64,000 nt of DNA from Octopus sinensis (GCF_006345805.1 NC_042999.1:1488001-1552000); one strand, 5' to 3'. Shown: positions 14,050 to 26,939, counted from the stretch's first letter. Notes: generated from the sequence alone by a model not told the origin. Translations and numbers: made by a program.

Positions 14050-14250
14050 CTTCTGGAATACATACATACACACATACATACATACATACATACATACATA
14101 CATACATACATACATACATACACACATGCATACATACATGTATATATATATATATAATCCCAAAACGAAATATATATATACATACATACATATATACACA
14201 CACACATACATACATACATACATACATTTATATATATATAATCCCCAAAC

Positions 14251-14288
<38 letters not shown>

Positions 14289-14585
14289 TACATACATACA
14301 TACATACATGCATGCATATATACATACATCACGCACATACATGCATGCATACATACATACATACATACATACATGCATATATACATACATCATGCACATA
14401 CATGCATGCATATGTACATACATACATATATACTTAGAATATTTACATACATACATACATACATATGTACATACACACATACATACACATATATATGTAC
14501 ATACATACATACATGCATACATATATATGTACATACATGCATACATACATACATAAATATGCATGTGTGTGTGTGTGTGTGTATG
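14050..14585. repeat. (TACA)n/(TA)n/(TG)n compound microsatellite
   Basis: Direct inspection. Confidence 0.95.
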
Positions 14586-15214
14586 AAACGAAACTAAAAT
14601 GATGATTAATTAGAAATTGCTGGGGAGGAAAGTAATTATATTCAGCCGCTATTTTAGTCGAGTCAGTCTCAGTGAAGTGTAATGCAATGACTGTAATACT
14701 TTATACAAAAGGAGGGAAAAGGCTTATTTCGTAATTGTTTCAGGCACCGAACCTGAATTATACGCAAGATTATTTCAAAGAAAGATTAAAAAATTTTATA
14801 CTTGCATACAAAAAGGCATAGGTGTGAGTGAGTATCTATATGTAGATAGGTACGTATGTGTATATAGAGATGTAAATTTGTATAGCTATGTCTGTATATA
14901 TACATATATATATCTTTGTATATATATGTGTGTGTATGTATATATATATATATTCAACAATATAAGGAATGGCCATAATAGGACATTCGACTCACTAGAA
15001 AGAGCAGCCAAACTCAAACCGCTAAATTTTTTGCTACCCTTATATTTATTGATATATATATATATAAGAATTTATTGCGTAATGAGATAAAAAATCCAAG
15101 GCTGTGTAGATATTAGAACATTTATAGATAGAAGGTCTTACAGCTGTTTCTAGGATATTTATTTATTATATCAAATCAAATCAAATCAAATCAAATCAAA
15201 TCAAATCAAACCAA

Positions 15215-15655
15215 ATCAAAATAGATGAACATCAATGGAATTTGTATCCTTGTGGTACCAGTGTCGGTGGCACATAAGAAAACCATCCGAATGGGACCAT
15301 AGCCAGTACCGCATCGACTGGCCTCCGTGCTGTGGGCACATAACAAACACCATCCGATCGTGGCCGTTCGCCAGCCTCGTCTGGCACCTGTGTCGGTGGC
15401 ACATAAGAAAACACCGAAAACACCATCCGAGCGTGGCCGTCTGCCAGCCACATCTGGCACCTGTGTCGGTGGCACATAAAATCACCCACTACACTCCCGG
15501 AGTGGTTGGCGTTAGGAAGGGCATCCAGCTGTAGAAACACTGCTAGATCTGACTGGCCTGGTGCAGCCTTCGGGCTTGCCAGACCCCAGTTGAACCGTCC
15601 GACCCATGCTAGCATGGAAAGCGGACGTTAAACGATGATGATGACGATGATGATC
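15215..15655 (+). mobile_element. SINE family C (internal tandem repeats of about 65 bp; tail GGACGTTAAAC(GAT)n). Other copies at about 3610, 20490 (minus), 25510 (minus), 37605, 40100, 49620, 52230, 56560, 57965 (minus), 60460 (minus), 62740 (minus) and 63390 (minus)
   Basis: Shared GAGTGGTTGGCGTTAGGAAGGGCATCCAGC block and (GAT)n tail. Confidence 0.85.
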
Positions 15656-15879
15656 CCTTCATCGGAAACGGTGTGAGAGGATGGTTAAGTCAGATAGATA
15701 GATAGATACCTTTCTTGCTGGATTAAGTGTGCATTTCTCTTTTTGTCTTCTGCAATTTTATTTTTGGATTTTCTATACATATATATGAAGAATTTTCCTC
15801 CATCTGGTTGTTTTTCTCTCTACAAAACGGAAAGCTGCATTATGGAACAGTCATTTTAACAAGTATTTTTATTTATTCA

Positions 15880-15981
15880 TCACCCGACGAGATACGTCTG
15901 CTCCACTAGATACTCCTGAACCAGTTGTTGAGTGTCTCACAAGAGGAGTCAATGCTAGATGTGTCGAAATAATTGTTGTGA
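15880..15981 (+). ncRNA. Decayed HHR-like motif with a long (about 65 nt) stem II insert
   Basis: TCAC-CCGACGA-GATAC...GTGTC-GAAA-TAATTG-TT-GTGA. The insert is partly self-complementary (ACTCCT/AGGAGT, CTAG/CTAG). Confidence 0.4.
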
Positions 15982-16104
15982 TTAATAATACATTCTCATA
16001 TATTCCATCTGCTGTCCTTCATTTGATATATATATATATGTATGCCATGATGGACCGTTAGCTCCTACACGCATTTTTTTCTCACCTTGTTTCTTTTCTG
16101 TGTA

Positions 16105-16142
16105 TCTTTCTGTCGAAGAGCGTAGGCTCGAAACGTAAAAGA
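16105..16142 (+). ncRNA. Minimal HHR-like motif with U6 core (family E)
   Basis: TCTTT-CTGTCGA-A-GAGC(GTAG)GCTC-GAAAC-GTA-AAAGA. All three stems pair. Confidence 0.6.
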
Positions 16143-16317
16143 CTTGTTCTATTTCTATTCCTGAGCGCCATGCTAATACATTTGTTTGTTTGTACTCCAC
16201 TTGCCTTCGTCTTTTGTTTATTTTCGTAAACCTTCCCGTTATATATATATATGTATGTATGTATGCAAAAAAATGTCAAGGTAAAAAATGCTAAAATAAT
16301 TTTATAAAAAACATTTT

Positions 16318-16349
16318 AGTACCAGTTTCAGTCATTGAGACTTTTTCAA

Positions 16350-16351
<2 letters not shown>
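16318..16351 (-). ncRNA. HHR-like motif with U3-A8 core and a short stem I
   Basis: AG-TTGAAAA-AGTC(TCAAT)GACT-GAAAC-TG-GTA-CT. Confidence 0.4.
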
Positions 16352-16393
<42 letters not shown>

Positions 16394-16654
16394 TTAACCT
16401 GATGAGTGGTTATATTTATATTGAAGTGATTTTACTACTACTACTAATATTTTTACTATAATCATTTCTTAAATATAGGCCACAAAACACGTGTCGTTAT
16501 TCTACCAAATATATACGTTTTATTTATTATTTTGCACATTACTTAATCATCGGTATATTTTTTATCTTATATTTAAAATTTCTATTATATGTAATTTTCT
16601 AGATGGTGTAATTTAATTTTTTCATTTTGAATTGATAAAAGGTGCTTTTTTCTA

Positions 16655-16696
<42 letters not shown>

Positions 16697-17192
16697 CTGT
16701 ATGTGCGTCTGCGTTTGTCCCCCGCCCTTCATCACTTGACAACCGATGCTGGTGTGTTTACATCCCCGTAACTTAATGGTTTGGCGAGAGTGACCGATGG
16801 AATTAGTACTAGGATTGCAAAGAATAAGTCCTGGGATTGATTTGCTCACATGGCCGCAGTGAAATGACTGAAACAGGTAAAAGAATAAAAGAATAAAAGA
16901 ATATGTATATATAAATCATGAATATGAAAGAAAAGCACATACCAAGTCATAGAGCAGAAGAGTAATTAAATAAAGATGGACACGGCCAGTCTTTAGGGTC
17001 TGAAGAGACGTTGTGATGCTAAGCACTTTATGAACATGAAACCCTGGGTAACCCCCATAGACTGACATTAACTATCTTTAGCTATCTAATTCTATTTAAG
17101 GCCTGAAATCACCTATATTATTGTTGTTACTATTATCAACTATTTATATTTACCGTACATAATAATAACAATAATAATATCTATATAAATAT

Positions 17193-17527
17193 TATTAATA
17201 GTTATCGCCAAGCTAATATGGCAGTCCATAAGTATAAGACGAAAGCTGCCGTTGATTAGGTCCAAGAAGCCATCACCTCTATATGACACACAAACCTGTG
17301 TCCATTATAACCTTCGAACAGGGTAGGTCAGCCACTTCCTCTTGCTGGTCTGGCATCTGCAGACATGTTTCAGGATATTTGCCCTTTATCAATGCAGAAG
17401 ATTATAATGGACACAGGTTCGTGTGTCATATAGCTAGCTAGAGGCAATGGCCTCTTGCAGCTAATCAACAGCAGCTTTCGTCCTATATTTATGGACTGCC
17501 ATATTAGCTTGGCGATAACTATTAATA
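17193..17527. mobile_element. Fold-back element (arms about 135 bp) carrying one HHR; probably Penelope pLTR-derived
   Basis: Terminal TATTAATAGTTATCGCCAAGCTAATATGGCAGTCC is inverted at both ends. Arms are homologous to the 54.2 kb element. Confidence 0.8.
17356..17398 (-). ncRNA. Minimal HHR with U3-A8 core inside a fold-back element
   Basis: TCTGCA-TTGATAA-AGGG(CAAATA)TCCT-GAAAC-AT-GTC-TGCAGA. 6-bp stem I, palindromic ACATGT stem III, GUC cleavage site. Confidence 0.65.
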
Positions 17528-18110
17528 TCCAGCACCACTGCCGTAGTCTCCTTTAGAGAGACTTAGAAATAATAATATTTCTATTTCATATAAATATTCA
17601 CTGCTGAATATTTACCCCTGAAGCTGTTCTGATTTTGGTGTAAAACATTTCAGAATATTAGCAGAATTCAAAGTGCCGAGTTAAAAAAATTTTTTCAGTT
17701 GGCAAAACTTGCTGATGAGGGTTGAGGCTTTTCACCAGAACTAGAAATCATGATCCAAGTGTATCCAAATGCTAAAATATTTAACATTGAACTGTATTTG
17801 CTATATTAAAACTATTTAACTTGTTTGTCTGCTTATGGTAGTTTTTCCGTTGAATTTTTCAGTGTTATTGGTGGTTTAACTGAGGGTTTTAACTTCGCTT
17901 TCTAGCAGGTAAGCATCTTGTGTGCCCTGATGATAAATATAATTTTTTTTAATTTTATTTTTTATTTTTTTTCTAGTCTCAGCTTAGAGCTGCAGCCATG
18001 CTGATGCACTGCCATTTGATGAAGAACCTTAGTTGATTTTCGAACCTTAATCAATTTTCCATCCTTATTGGGTTCTCATCAGATGCGTCCACATCATTCT
18101 AACAGTCTCC

Positions 18111-18155
<45 letters not shown>

Positions 18156-18564
18156 TTTATCTTTTTTATCGTTTATATGTTTCAGTGATTTGACTGTGGC
18201 CATGCTGGGGCACCACCTTAAATTTTTGAAGCCTAGTACTTGTTCTATCAGTCTCCTTTGGTGAACTGCTAAGTTACAGGGACATAAGCACACCAATAGC
18301 GGTTGTCAAGCAGTGGGGTTGCAACAAACACACACACAAAGATACATACACACACACACAAAGATACATACACACACACACAAAGATACATACACACACA
18401 CACAACAGGCTTCTTTCAGTTTCTACTTACCAAATCCACCTACAAGGCTTTGGTCAGCCTGAGGCTATAGAAGAGACTTACCCAAGGTGCCATGCAGTGG
18501 GATTGAACCCAGAACTATGTGGCTGGGAAGCAAGCATCTTACAACATGGCCATACCTGCACCTG

Positions 18565-18600
<36 letters not shown>

Positions 18601-18764
18601 TATATCATCATCATCATCATCATCGTTTAACGTCTGTTTTCCGCGCTAGCACGGGTTGGACGTAATATATATGTATATGTGTATGTATCTATGTATATAT
18701 ATATATATATATATATATGCATATATATATGTATATATATATGTATATATATATGTATATATAT

Positions 18765-19131
18765 ACTAGCAGTATCGCCCGGCGTTGCTCGGGTTTGTAA
18801 GGGAAATAACTATAAAGCAATTTTAGAGAGTTATAGCCAAAAAATAGCAAAAAAATGGAAAAAAAAATGATGGTAAATTTTTTTGAGAGTTAAAAAGGTG
18901 GAGTTGCGACCCTAGACAGTTTGTGGTTTGTGTTTCTAATTCTCGACCCCATGTCGAATTTATCGATTTTTTTCAGAACTGGGGGAACTTTTCAAAATTT
19001 TCGCAGCGTTAGTTTTGAATTATGACATTGGGCTATGTGTGTGTCAAGTTTCATCAGAATCAGTTGAAAGCCGTGGTCAGGGTGAGGGTACAACCTAACA
19101 GACACACAGAAACACACACAGACAAACTGCC

Positions 19132-19140
<9 letters not shown>
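18765..19140 (+). mobile_element. Non-autonomous Helitron/Helentron-like element (Lep1/DINE-1 style)
   Basis: Starts ACTAGCAGTATCGCCCGGCGTTGCTCGGG with a 5' hairpin. Internal AAGTTTCATCAGAATC core, ACAGAC repeats and a TTTATATAT end. Sits in (TA)n. Confidence 0.65.
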
Positions 19141-19195
<55 letters not shown>

Positions 19196-19957
19196 GTATG
19201 TATAAGGGGTGACAAAAATTGAAGGAATGCACTACTTATGTACACACACACATATAAATACATGTGTGTGTGTATATATATATATATATATTATATATAT
19301 ATATATACATACATACATACACATATATATATGTATATATATATATGTATATATGTATATGTATATATATGTATATATAGATATATATATATGTAAATAT
19401 ATATATGCATGCATATATATATATATATATGTATATATATACACACACACACACATGTATTTATGTGTGTGTGTACATAAGTAGAGCCTTCCTTCATTTT
19501 TTTGTCTCCCCCCCTTCTTTTGTACTTTTGCATAATGTATTTAGCGCATAAGGTATTATGATGAACAGATTACAATCATTATTGTTATTATCATTAATAG
19601 TATTATTATACGAGGAAGATGTTTTTTAGATACAAATGAAGCAAGCTACAGAGTTTCTCATTTAATACAATGCATCCACCGTAAAAAAGAAAGCCATACA
19701 AAGAGCAATAATAATAATAATAATGGTGATGATGATGATGATGATGATGATGGTGACAATAATAATAATGATGATAATAATGAAGTATTGTATATTCAGA
19801 ATTTCCATATTATATCCTAAGGATGATAATTCTTTCTCAAACATTTGCAGATATCTGCAATGATGTTCTTCACTTTCACTTTCTCTTTGAGTTTTGTCAC
19901 CATTTCTCTTTCAATTATCAAACGGAATAAAAATGCAATTTGTCATATTCTTCTTCA

Positions 19958-19989
<32 letters not shown>

Positions 19990-20736
19990 CAATGTTGTTC
20001 TTCTTCAGAGCTGATATCATATCAGATCGAAGAAAAATAATATACTACTAGCATCACGTGTCACTCTCAGTTAGTATTCGTTGTCGAATGAATACCGGAA
20101 CGTCTCTGTGTATGCGATGAGATAAAATCCAAAATTCTTCTGTGCAAGACTATTAGGCCTAATACAATTATATTCACTCTACGCCAGGAGGAAATGAAAT
20201 ATCTGTAGTTGTCACTCAAGCAAAATTTGAGTGACATTTTACACTCCACGCTCCACCCATACTTACACTCATACGTGCACACATTTATATGTATGCCTTC
20301 ATAAACATGTACGTATATGCATGTATGTATGTATGCATGCACACACTGACATCATATTTCACTGCTGGCTAAAAGGGAACGATAAGTAGATAATAATTTA
20401 GAAATGGTTAGAAGGGCTTTCACATAGAATATCTGAGAGTTATTGCTAATGATGCCAAAATAGTGTGTGTGTGGTGGGGTGATGGTCATTATCATTTAAT
20501 GTTCATTTTCCATGCTGGCAGTGGTAAGACAGTTTGGCAGGCGTTGGTAAACCAGAGAAGTACACCAGGTTCCAATTGTCTGCTCTGGAATGGTTTCTGT
20601 GACTGGATGCCAACCAATTTACAGAATGTACCGGATACATTTTGTGTGGCACCAGCACTGTTAGAACCACCAAGAGACATGCAAGACACCCAACCATGAC
20701 TGGAAGGAGCAATGGTATTGTGTGTGTATGTGTGTG

Positions 20737-20787
<51 letters not shown>

Positions 20788-20793
<6 letters not shown>

Positions 20794-20933
20794 ATAAGAT
20801 CGTTAATTTAAAATAAAATAACAAACTTATCAACTTATAATTTTAATAATTATTACCTTTTAAGGTTATTGTTTCCATGCTGACCACTTGATAAATTCGT
20901 TATTTTATTTTAAATTAACGATCTTATCCTTAT
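20788..20933. mobile_element. Small MITE or fold-back (arms about 47 bp)
   Basis: ATAAGGATAAGATCGTTAATTTAAAATAAAATAAC is inverted at the other end. Confidence 0.7.
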
Positions 20934-21328
20934 TCATATAAATTTAAATTTATTTCTTCACTGTATTTACTGCAGTGATATTTTACCATGTAGCACATGG
21001 AATTAGCAGGCATTTTGAACTAGCCTTGATGCATATGTGTATATGTATGTAAGTATACGTTCGTATATGTAAGTATACGAATGTTGTATTTATATATGTA
21101 TTTATGTTTCTTTCTGAGTGTATTCTACTGACGAGGCAAAGCATTCCTAAATGCAAAGTCAGAAATCCGGGATCTAGAATTATCCAGTAATTTTTTATTA
21201 GTTTCACCTTGTCTCTTTGTCTTTTTCTCCATGTTGCTATAAGAAAACTTAAGGTGGTTTTAGAGTCGGTTCATGGCTGCTATTTTCAGCATGGTGGTAT
21301 CTCGTAGATACCCTAATTTATAATATTA

Positions 21329-21360
<32 letters not shown>

Positions 21361-21575
21361 GTAAATTTTCTGAATCTTCAGATTTTTCAATATGCTAAGC
21401 CAATGGTTTTAAATTGATATTAATCAAATTAATATTCAATTTTTCACTCTTATTATTTTAAATTTAAAGTTAAATAACTATGTTCTCTAATGCCATTGTG
21501 TATGCAGAAGGCTTTAATGCATAGATTTATCTGGGGTCTGTAATTCTGTTAAACCCCTTGATTGGAGTGAATCTA

Positions 21576-21822
21576 CAGTGGTTCTTAACAGGCGTCCATA
21601 ATGGCTCTTGGAGTGGTGGGGTCCATATAAGATTTTGTTGTTAAAATGTACCTGAAATAAATTGCTTATACACAAAATATTTTACTTTCTCTTTGTTCAA
21701 TTACTAATAATATTTAATTATAAAAACACAATTTAATTTGATTATATATGTCAAATGGCTACAGAGGTCCAGAGGAGTAAAACAGGACTGAAAGGCAAAA
21801 AAAAAATGGTTAAGAACTACTG
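21576..21822. mobile_element. hAT-like MITE
   Basis: TIRs CAGTGGTTCTTAAC and GTTAAGAACTACTG. No 8-bp TSD recognisable. Confidence 0.5.
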
Positions 21823-21958
21823 ATGCAAGAGATGAGAGGTTAATGTATGCAAGTAGGGGCCAGAATAGAATTTCTTGCTGTAGAAGAGCCATTGATGTAT
21901 TAATTTTCCCTAAATTTTAGAACTTTGATGAATATTTGTCTTCATCTTGTTTATTGTC

Positions 21959-22004
21959 AACATAACGTTTCAGCTGATATATCCTCCAGCCTTCATCAGG
22001 TGTC
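21959..22004 (-). ncRNA. HHR motif, family D (core intact, first stem I pair mismatched)
   Basis: GACAC-CTGATGA-A-GGCTG..CAGCT-GAAAC-GTT-ATGTT. Confidence 0.6.
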
Positions 22005-22073
22005 TTGGGGAAATTTTGAACCTGGGTTCTCATTCTTAATGTATTTTTCAATGTTATTATCATCACTATTATA

Positions 22074-22116
<43 letters not shown>

Positions 22117-22117
<1 letters not shown>

Positions 22118-22257
22118 TTTTTTTTTTCTTCTTTCAAATTTGCTTCCATTTCTTGCCGAGTGTCTTCCCGACTCCTAGGGCAAAGAAACTCATAGCATAC
22201 ATTGGTAGGCCATTAAACCAAACTCAGTAGTTCGTTCTTAAAACAAACTCAGTAGTA

Positions 22258-22260
<3 letters not shown>
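22117..22260 (-). mobile_element. R4/Dong 3' UTR fragment in (TTA)n
   Basis: Reverse complement resembles 22660-22745. Flanked by TTA repeats. Confidence 0.6.
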
Positions 22261-22301
<41 letters not shown>

Positions 22302-22419
22302 TTCACTGCCTGAAATCAAACTCAGAATCTTGGGGTTAGTAGTGGTTAAGTGCACAGGTTACTAACCCAAAGATTCTGAGTTCGATTCCAGGCAGTGACC
22401 TGAATAATAATAATAATAA

Positions 22420-22745
22420 TAGTATTAATAAGTGATTGTAGGATCTCTAAGAAGGATAAAAAAAGGTACTGAAACCTATTTGAAAATGATACCAGGCTTA
22501 CCATCCCTACAGGAAGTGCAAAAAATCCTGTTAACTGGAATGACTCATGTATCAAGAAGAGCATTGTCACTGCAAAAACAACATCCATTCATGAATGTAT
22601 TCATTAATTTTTTAAATACATATTTTACCTGTGAATTTGTGTGTGTAATCTGGGAATGCATACAATGAGCTTCTCTGCCCTAGGTGTATGGAAAACACTT
22701 GGTGAGAAATGGAAGAAAATTTGAAGAAAGAAGGGAAAAAAAAAA
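22420..22745 (+). mobile_element. R4/Dong 3' end inserted in a (TAA)n tract
   Basis: IVGSLRRIKKGTETYLKMIPGLPSLQEVQKILLTGMTHVSRRAL plus 3' UTR, with TAA repeats on both sides. Confidence 0.75.
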
Positions 22746-22804
22746 TAATAATAACATTGAAAAAATGGCTTAGGAATGAGAACCCAGGTTTGAAATTTCC
22801 CCAA

Positions 22805-22850
22805 GACACCTGATGAAGGCTGGAGGGTAAATCAGCCGAAGCGTTGTGTT
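22805..22850 (+). ncRNA. HHR motif, family D (A15.1 to G)
   Basis: GACAC-CTGATGA-A-GGCTG..CAGCC-GAAGC-GTT-GTGTT. Confidence 0.55.
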
Positions 22851-23177
22851 AACAACAAACAATATGAGGACAAATATCCATCAAATGTAAATAGTGTTCA
22901 TAATTCCTCATCTCTTAAATGTAGAACAGTTACATCAGTTGAGTGAGTGACAGTATTAAAGTAGCTTCTGCTTATGTGTAATATATACATTATGAAGAAG
23001 GAAAAAGTCATTCTTCAGTTTCCTTCTTTTTTTTTTCCTTTTTTTTAATCAGCTAAAATATTTCCTCAGTAAATAAATTGGTGCATATGAAAAGGAAACC
23101 AGTTTAATACATTAACAGAAAATGCATTTGCCACACCGATTCTTATCAATGTTTCCAATATTTTGATATTTCCTTAC

Positions 23178-23225
23178 ATTTATCCGACTGTTTACCAATA
23201 ATCTGCTTCGGAACAAATAGCCATC
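23178..23225 (-). CDS. Candidate 48-nt exon (DGYLFRSRLLVNSRIN or xWLFVPKQIIGKQSDK)
   Basis: Acceptor ttattttaactctgtag| and donor |GTAAGG. Frame ambiguous. Confidence 0.3.
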
Positions 23226-23929
23226 CTACAGAGTTAAAATAAGATTATTTGTGAAATTTATTCCATCATTCTGAACTTGTCAGTCAGTAAGAGGAAGATT
23301 TTTAGAAAGAAATAGGGGTGAAAATTCTTGCTTGCTTTTCTTTTTAATTCAATATACTTCGAAAGACAACTATAGAACGTTGCTGGCTCCCAATAATTCT
23401 ACAGTTGATTCCATTGGAGGAAAAAGCGAAAATAAATGGATAAATAAATATAATTAAACAAAATGAAATAAAATGCAGTAAAAGCAAAAACACACACACA
23501 TATACACATACCTAAAACCTTTGCTTACATGTACAAGTGTATCTTGTAAAGATTAAAACTACAAGCAACAAATTCGATCTATCTGCAAATGTGATCTTGT
23601 TTGCTAGAGTGCACACACCATTTTCGCAACAACTGCTTCTAGATTTTGCAGTTTAGAAAACATTTTCTTCTTTGCAATCATGTTGTTCCAGGAAAGCTTT
23701 CAAAACTTATCTCTCGCTTAATCTCCATCTTACTTTACTACGCTTTTCTCTTCTCTTATATATTTCTTCTTCTTCTTTGTTTGTTTTATTAACCTACCCA
23801 CACACGACTCCTTCTTCCGTTCCCTTTCTTTATTCTCTCAAATTCCCTATCCTCTCCCTTCTCCCCTCGCTAATGATCCCTATTTACTATAATTTACTTA
23901 ACCTTTTACTTTACTGAACACTTTCTATC

Positions 23930-24111
23930 CATTTCTCTCTCCCTCTTTCTTTCTCTGTCTCTCTGTCTCTCTATCTATCAATCAATCTATCTGTCTCTTT
24001 CTGTCTCTTTTTCTCTCCCTCTCTATCTGTCAGTCTCTCTCTTTCTGTCTTTCTTTCTCTTTCTAACTCACACTCTTTCTTTATTATTCTCTCTCTCTCT
24101 CTATCTATCTG

Positions 24112-24156
<45 letters not shown>

Positions 24157-24166
24157 TTATCCATCC

Positions 24167-24244
<78 letters not shown>

Positions 24245-24388
24245 TTATCCATCTATCTATCAGTCTAGCAAGCTATCAATCCATCTGTCTCTTTTTCTTT
24301 CTCTCTTTTTCTCTCTCTTTCTCTCTCTTTATCTCTCTGTCTATCTATCTCTTTTTGTCTTTCTTTGTAGTTTTCTCTCTCTCTCTCT

Positions 24389-24447
<59 letters not shown>

Positions 24448-24506
24448 CTCAGTTTAGCTATTTATCAATCTATCTATTTGTTTCTCCCTCTCTGTCCCTC
24501 TGTCCC

Positions 24507-24575
<69 letters not shown>

Positions 24576-24760
24576 TTATCTATTTATCTATCTATCTATC
24601 TATCTGTTTCTCTCTGTTTCTCTCCCTCTCTCTCTCCCTCTCCCTCCCTCTCTCTCTCCCTTCCCCCCTCTCTCTCTGTCTCCCCTCCCCCTCCCTTCGT
24701 CTCTCTCTTTATCTCCCTCTCCCCCTTCCCCCCCTTCTCCCCCTCTCTCTCCTGCTTCTT
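23930..24760. repeat. (TCTA)n/(TC)n/pyrimidine tract
   Basis: Direct inspection. Confidence 0.95.
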
Positions 24761-25149
24761 ATCACTGGTTCTCATCTCCCAATTTAACTCAGCATCCGTA
24801 ATCTCTCTTCCATCTCTCAAACTTCATTTCAACACAAACACACACACTCTCCCCTTCTCTCTCTCTCTCTTTCACTTTCCTTTCCCCAACCTCTTACCAC
24901 CACCCACTCACGCTCTCTCGCACCTTCTCCCTCTTCCTCTCCCCATCACCATCTCTTCTTCCTCTCCCAACAACTCCACATCCTCTCAGCTTCCTTACAA
25001 TATGTCTTAACAGTTAATTCAAACGCATCACTGTGAAAACATCTTCCTTCACACTCGCAACCCCACCCCACCCCAACACGCTACCGTATCACTACTCCTC
25101 AGCCCTCTCCCCCTTCAAACTGAAGACTATTTCAATGCATTAAACATTA

Positions 25150-25319
25150 TCATGATTATCATCATCATCATCTTCGTCATCATCATCAATGTCATCATCA
25201 TCAATGTCATCATCGTCGTTGTCGTCATCATCATCATCATTGTTATCACCACCATCATCATCATCACCATGATCACCATCATCATCATCAACATCATTGT
25301 TATCATCACCATCATCATT

Positions 25320-25356
<37 letters not shown>

Positions 25357-25530
25357 ACATTATTATCATCATCATCACCATCATCTTCATCATCATCAAC
25401 CTCATCACCACCACCACCACCACCACTATCATCATCATCATCCCCACCACCACCACCACCATCTCCACCACTGCCACCCCCACCACTACCACCCCCATCA
25501 TCATCATCATCATCATCATCACCATCGTGA
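25150..25530. repeat. (CAT)n/(CAC)n microsatellite. Similar tracts at 29370-29600, 30640-31260, 36030-36520 and 58430-58870
   Basis: Direct inspection. These tracts account for most low-complexity ORFs in the track. Confidence 0.95.
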
Positions 25531-26054
25531 TCCTTTAACATTTGTTTTTCTATGCTGGCTTTTGTTGGACAGTTTGAAAGGAGCTGGCAAGCCAGAGAGT
25601 TGCACCAGGACCCAGTTGTCTGTTTTGGCATGCTTTCTACTGCTGGATGCCCTTCCTAATGCCAACCACTTTACAGCGTAATGGATGCTTTTTATGTGAC
25701 ACAATCCCCAGTGTTTTTTATGGGGTGTCAGCACCCATGGGGTCACTATGTGGCTTGCAAGACAAGGACCTTTCACCCGAGAGAGGGAGTGGAACCAAGA
25801 GAAGTGGCTGTGTGCCAGGCAAGAGGTTAGAGTAGGGGTTCTCAACCATTTTTTACCTATGGACCCCTTTGATTATTATTTTATTCCAGTGGACCCCCAA
25901 AGTCATTCGATGTTCAGAAGCTAGTTTTATAGAAACGTCTTTCAAAATTCCTATTTTACTTTTTCACACTTTAACTGGTGTAGGTCGGACTATGTAAAAT
26001 GTTAGAGAAAGGAACCTGGCTGTTTCTTGCAATACATGCAAAGACATAGAGTTT

Positions 26055-26456
26055 TTTTTTTTTTACTTGTTTCAGTCATTTGACTGCGGCCATGCTGGAG
26101 CACCGCCTTTAGTCGAGCAAATCGACCCCAGGACTTACTCTTTGTAAGCCCAGTACTTATTCTATCGGTCTCTTTTGCCGAACCGCTAAGTGACGGGGAC
26201 GTAATCACACCAGCATCGGTTGTCAAGCAATGCTAGGGGGACAAACACAGACACACAAACACACACACACACATATATATATACATATATACGACAGGCT
26301 TCTTTCAGTTTCCGTCTACCAAATCCACTCACAAGGCATTGGTCGGCCCGGGGCTATAGCAGAAGACACTTGCCCAAGATGCCACGCAGTGGGACTGAAC
26401 CCAGAACCATGTGGTTGGTTAGCAAGCTACTTACCACACCGCCACTCCTGTGCCTA
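26055..26456 (-). mobile_element. Full-length SINE B. Other copies or fragments at about 75-290, 9060-9380, 10110-10250, 16690-16900, 18165-18570, 32515, 40650, 44020-44430, 44545-44820, 52660, 60345-60960 and 61420
   Basis: Matches the family B consensus. Confidence 0.9.
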
Positions 26457-26782
26457 TAGTTGATGTAGTTTTAAATATTTTGAGTCCTACTATTAAAAAA
26501 TAATTCCCTTGATCTGTTTCGAAGTTTCTAAATTCTCATAATGTAAAGACTGTGATATTTAAATGTTATCCAGTATTACAGAATATATTTGTAAATGTCT
26601 GTGAAGATAAAACATATAAAGAAGACAAGGTGTTTACATCTGCCTAGATATACAGGGGTAGCTAGAAAGTATACGGGGTGAGTGAAAAGTAACTCCCTAT
26701 TCTAAAATACTTGTAAATTATTTATTACATTATTTACATTATTTACATTTGATGGATATTTGTCCTCATCTTGTTTGTTGTT

Positions 26783-26828
26783 AGCACAACGTTTCGGCTG
26801 ATATACCCTCCAGCCTTCATCAGGTATC
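26783..26828 (-). ncRNA. Minimal type I hammerhead ribozyme, intact core (family D)
   Basis: GATAC-CTGATGA-A-GGCTG(GAGGGTATAT)CAGCC-GAAAC-GTT-GTGC. Stem III is the palindrome AACGTT and the cleavage triplet is GUU. Confidence 0.7.
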
Positions 26829-26880
26829 TTGGGGATATTTTGAACCTGGGTTCTCATTCCTAAGGTATTTTTCAATGTTG

Positions 26881-26939
<59 letters not shown>

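Noticed and set aside
14746-14822. Plus-strand exon candidate after ttgtttcag
   Set aside because: Short, two frames open and a weak donor. Not distinguishable from background.
15258-15485. CRISPR-like repeat-spacer pattern
   Set aside because: The spacers are homologous to each other and the array is internal to a dispersed SINE.
19660-20200. Protein-like minus-strand fragments (PNSLAQKNFGFYLIAYTETFRYSFDNEY; EEHHCRYLQMFEKELSSLG)
   Set aside because: The frames do not connect, splice sites are weak and microsatellites intervene.
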